A program made the position numbers and the translations under genes. The notes below the pieces were generated by a model that ran no database searches, was not told where the DNA came from, and worked only from the letters and a program-made list of their open reading frames with translations. A DNA stretch of 63,091 bases, counting the filler. It is 7 parts of 7 records of this genome, joined end to end, with 100 filler letters (N's around TTAATTAATTAA, not from the genome) between each part and the next. Parts side by side here need not be neighbours in the genome. Positions count along the whole stretch, not along the records: positions 57,672 to 63,091 come from DRR723986_7500; 6 more parts are not named here. One strand, given 5' to 3'. How positions within the stretch are numbered: the stretch's first letter is position 1; the number at the start of each line of letters is the position of its first letter. Positions 60,801 through 63,091 of this stretch are shown piece after piece.

Positions 60801-60976
60801 TCGGAAATCACATCGGCACTGGCTCCCGGGAAGCGGCCGTCCACCACCACCTGAGGCGGCACCACGTTGGGGTACTGTTCTACCGGCAAACCCAGCAGGG
60901 CCAGCGCTCCACCAAGGGTAATGATGATCGAGATAACCGAGGCGAAGATCGGCCGGTCGATGAATGTTCGCAGCAT
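57866..60976 (-). CDS. HAE1 RND efflux permease (AcrB/MexB family)
   Basis: FIDRPIFA, LPVEQYP, GVVVDNAII, GLAAKNAILIVEFA, RFRAIMMT. Confidence 0.95.
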   Translation of the reverse strand: MLRTFIDRPIFASVISIIITLGGALALLGLPVEQYPNVVPPQVVVDGRFPGASADVISDSVVAPLEQEINGVDDMIYMESSATDSGSFRVTVSFEIGTDPDQATINVNNRVQQALARLPQTVRDQGLKVESRSTSILQVITLSSPDNSMDVVEISNYALLNVLDELVRLPGIGDASLFGAQDYSMRIWLRPDKLAQFELTPADVAGALRAQNAQFAAGRIGAEPAPEGQAFTFSVSAPGRLTSPEEFGEVILRSDDQGASLRLKDVARIELGAQNYDFAAIYNGGATVPMGVYLQPGANALDAAEGVNEAMKEIADRFPEGLEYNVPYDTTRFIDISIQEVISTFIVAVLLVVVVTFLFLQHFNATLIPLIAIPVSLVGTFAGMQAMGFSVNLLTLFGLILAIGVVVDNAIIIMENAERLIKEEGMSPYNAAVTTVSQVSGAVVASTLVLVAVFAPVAFLGGLSGELYRQFAITIAVSVVISGVVALTLTPAMCALLLGHEGKQLTVFRWFDAGFDKVTNGFSAVVDWLLRHAVIGVLLFAAMIGGTVFLLNKMPSGLVPQEDQGFVLTAYSLPATSSLSRTEGTRDELAQNMLQLPEVKDVVAFAGFDIISSALRTNSGVAFVTLEDWAEREGEGQGAADIANKIMGIGFGMPEAFVIAFTPPPIQGLSTTGGVEGYIQARGGRTPAEIKAMADRFTQAANQRPELTNVRVTLDTGIPRYQAIVDREKAQAAGVPVDQIFTTMQSTFGGLYVNDFTLQGRNWQVTLQSEGEFRSHPDDLRKVFVRSSYGEMIPLSSLVELERVSGPDILNRFNVYPAAKLLADPTPGHTTGEALTALQEVANQQFDRNTLLGWTGEAYQLQDSADSGTLAFGMGLLLVFLILAAQYERWGLPVAVATAVPFGVFGAALASLLRGFPNDIYFQVGLLVLIGLAAKNAILIVEFAAQNRQTGMSSFEAASTAARQRFRAIMMTALTFIVGSLPLAFSTGAGAVSRQEIGTVVVGGMLVASTLALFFVPLFYKLIEDLADWRRKRKAA

Positions 60977-62151
60977 CAGTTGGCCTCCTCCGGGCTATCC
61001 GGATTGGTGACGTTAACGGCGGCGCCATCACGGAGGTTCACCAGACCACTGACAATATAACGATCGCCCGCATCCAGGCCGCTCAGGAGGATCTGCCGGC
61101 CATCACTCACCGGCCCAAGCTCCACCTCCCGGATCCGGGCTTTGCTGTCGTCATCAACCACCAAGACCACAGGGCCATTCTGTCCCTGGGTTACCGCCCT
61201 CTCAGGCACGGTTATCACATCGTCAAAACTCTGCAGTTCCACCCGCACCCGGACAAACTGCCCCGGTACAATCACTTGCTCCGGATTCGGGAACACAGCT
61301 CGGGCGGACACCGTGCCGGTGCGGGGGTCGAGGGTGGAAGCGGTAAAGTCGATGCGTCCATCCAGGTCGTATTCGCTGCCGTCCGCCAGAACCAGGCGCG
61401 CCGAGACATTCTGTTCCTGATCTGCCCGTACCATGCCCTCACGGGCAGCACGGCGAATGTTGGCGTCGTTTTCCGGAAGCGCAAAGCGAACGTGAACGGG
61501 GTCGAGCTGAACAATGGTGGTCAGCAGGGTGCCGGTATCGATCAGGCTACCCTCCGGAAAATCCTCCAGACTGGTCACGCCGCTGATTGGCGCCGTGACA
61601 TCGGTGTAGCCGAGATCCAGTTCAGCCTGGGCCACGCCGGCATTGGCCACCGCCAGGTTGGCCCGGGCCAGTTCCAGTGCAGACTGGGCTGAATCCCGCT
61701 CCCGTTCACTGACGGCGTTACGCTCAAACAAGGAGGAAATACGTTTCCATTCCCGCTCCGCTTGCTGAACATCCGCCTCGGCAACCTGGCGCTGGGCCCG
61801 GGCTCTCTGCAGTGCCGCCGCTGCAGGCTTGCGATCTATGCGGAACAAGGCATCACCTTCCCGCACCATCTGCCCTTCTTCGTATAGCCGCTGTTCCAGA
61901 ATGCCACTGATGCGAGCCCGGACTTCCACCTCCCGGGCACCCCGGGCACGGCCGGCGTAATCCTTCCTCACCGTGACATCGGCCAGCGTCGCCTGTTGCA
62001 CCACAACCGCCGCCGGAGGCATGCCGCCCGCGCCGGCCTGCTGGCCCTCACCATCCTGACCGCTGCACCCCGTTAGCATCAGCAGTGTCGACAAACCAGC
62101 AAAAAGCAGTCCCTTGCGGGCGTTAGGGCGATGAGACATTTCAACGGGCAT
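60976..62151 (-). CDS. RND periplasmic adaptor (MFP) lipoprotein
   Basis: Lipobox LTGC; EVRARISG, APISG, DPRTGT, FPNP. Confidence 0.93.
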   Translation of the reverse strand: MPVEMSHRPNARKGLLFAGLSTLLMLTGCSGQDGEGQQAGAGGMPPAAVVVQQATLADVTVRKDYAGRARGAREVEVRARISGILEQRLYEEGQMVREGDALFRIDRKPAAAALQRARAQRQVAEADVQQAEREWKRISSLFERNAVSERERDSAQSALELARANLAVANAGVAQAELDLGYTDVTAPISGVTSLEDFPEGSLIDTGTLLTTIVQLDPVHVRFALPENDANIRRAAREGMVRADQEQNVSARLVLADGSEYDLDGRIDFTASTLDPRTGTVSARAVFPNPEQVIVPGQFVRVRVELQSFDDVITVPERAVTQGQNGPVVLVVDDDSKARIREVELGPVSDGRQILLSGLDAGDRYIVSGLVNLRDGAAVNVTNPDSPEEAN

Positions 62152-62249
62152 GGCGCGCTCTCCTGAACACCGAAACAGATCGTGTCATCAATTATGTAAA
62201 TGTGTCCGGGCCAGCCAGCCCGGAGTGGCAATCGGTAAGATCAGGCAAG

Positions 62250-62271
62250 ATACATTCATCCATGTATGTAT
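62250..62271. promoter_or_regulatory. AcrR-type operator palindrome
   Basis: ATACATTCAT-CC-ATGTATGTAT (one mismatch) between the divergent MFP and TetR genes. Confidence 0.7.
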
Positions 62272-62371
62272 GTAAACTGTCTTCAGGTATACTTACGTAG
62301 TTCCCGCAAGCGGTTCATACCCTGACGGGCCGGGACAAAGCCGGCGCAACACACCACCGGAAGACTTCATC

Positions 62372-62980
62372 ATGGCGAGAAAGACAAAAGCCGAGGCGGA
62401 AGCCACCCGCGAATCCCTGCTCGATGCCGCCGAGAGCATGTTCATGGAGAAAGGCGTTGCCCGGGCATCGCTGGAAGAAATTGCCCGTACCGCCGGTGTA
62501 ACCCGGGGCGCGGTCTACTGGCACTTCCGCAACAAGCAGGACATCCTGGATGCCATGCTGGAGCGGGTTCGCGCGCCCCTCGGCGAAATGCTCGATGAAG
62601 CCGCCATCAGCCAGGACAGCCTGACCAACCTGAAGCATCTCTGCGTTATCGCTCTCAGCAAGCTGGCCGAAGACGAACAGTACTTCCGGGTGTACTACAT
62701 CCTCTTCCACCGCAACGAATCTGATCAGGCGCTGAACAAACACCGGGAGCTTGCGGAAGAGGGAATTGCCTTTGTGACCGACATTTTCCGCAGTCCTGAA
62801 AACGCGAAAAAACTGCGTCCGGGCCTGAGCCCGGAACTGGCGGGCTATCTGGTGCATACCCAGATGCTGGGACTATTTTTCGACTGGCTGGCCAAACCTG
62901 AGCGCCTTCCGCTGGCCGAGGTTGCACCGATACTGGTGGAAACCGTTTTCAGTGGTCTGCTGGGTGAGCCGGAAGCCTGA
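62372..62980 (+). CDS. TetR/AcrR family repressor
   Basis: MARKTK...TR, AGVTRGAVYWHFRNK. Confidence 0.93.
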   Translation: MARKTKAEAEATRESLLDAAESMFMEKGVARASLEEIARTAGVTRGAVYWHFRNKQDILDAMLERVRAPLGEMLDEAAISQDSLTNLKHLCVIALSKLAEDEQYFRVYYILFHRNESDQALNKHRELAEEGIAFVTDIFRSPENAKKLRPGLSPELAGYLVHTQMLGLFFDWLAKPERLPLAEVAPILVETVFSGLLGEPEA

Positions 62981-62987
62981 GTTCCAG

Positions 62988-63091
62988 TCAGCCCCATACC
63001 CAGAGAATAACCGGCACCGCCGTGGCGGTGACCACCACAGACAGTGGCAACCCCAGGCGCCAATAATCGCCGAACCGGTAACCCGCGGGTT
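62988..63091 (-). CDS. SLC13/CitMHS-type permease, C-terminal end
   Basis: Translates PAGYRFGDYWRLGLPLSVVVTATAVPVILWVWG*. Confidence 0.65.
   Translation of the reverse strand, partial: PAGYRFGDYWRLGLPLSVVVTATAVPVILWVWG

Overview
The window is not one locus. It is seven unrelated bacterial contigs joined by artificial 100-nt linkers (N-run + TTAATTAATTAA + N-run), and host assignments below are inferred from GC and gene style. (1) 1-5480, very high-GC Rhodobacteraceae-like: GTAG-type REP cluster, extensin-like protein, hisC-tyrC, SBP-VWA fusion, partial QhpG-like monooxygenase. (2) 5581-14672, mid-GC, host uncertain: DUF2141, nadC, GH113 lipoprotein, a PolX-PHP lacking all polymerase catalytic Asp residues, a lipoprotein, an 84-aa ubiquitin-like protein (MQIF...GG-VCHKR) upstream of sirtuin cobB and acpS, and a non-coding degenerate array with strict 13-bp phase. 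(3) 14773-22297, high-GC Rhodobacteraceae-like: arsenic genes, UDG-like, SseB, GntR, a 24-25-bp repeat array, SDR, 5'-truncated TRAP dctM, RuBisCO-like protein, LysR. (4) 22398-34008, Roseobacter-like: SDRs, VOC-cupin with XRE regulator, a GH18-CE4-GT2 synthase coupled to a Tat-exported DUF3131 protein, Fe-ADH. (5) 34109-50074, ~50% GC alphaproteobacterium: ffh-rpsP-[serine hydrolase]-rimM-trmD-rplS-leuC, two hybrid kinases, DASS transporter, dapF-mtaB-ftsY. (6) 50175-57571, Rhodobacteraceae-like metabolic genes. (7) 57672-63091, Marinobacter-like RND pump with TetR. The best novelty candidates are in contig 2: the ubiquitin-like protein, the phased 13-bp array and the dead-polymerase PolX. 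All calls come from reading motifs by eye; no searches were run.
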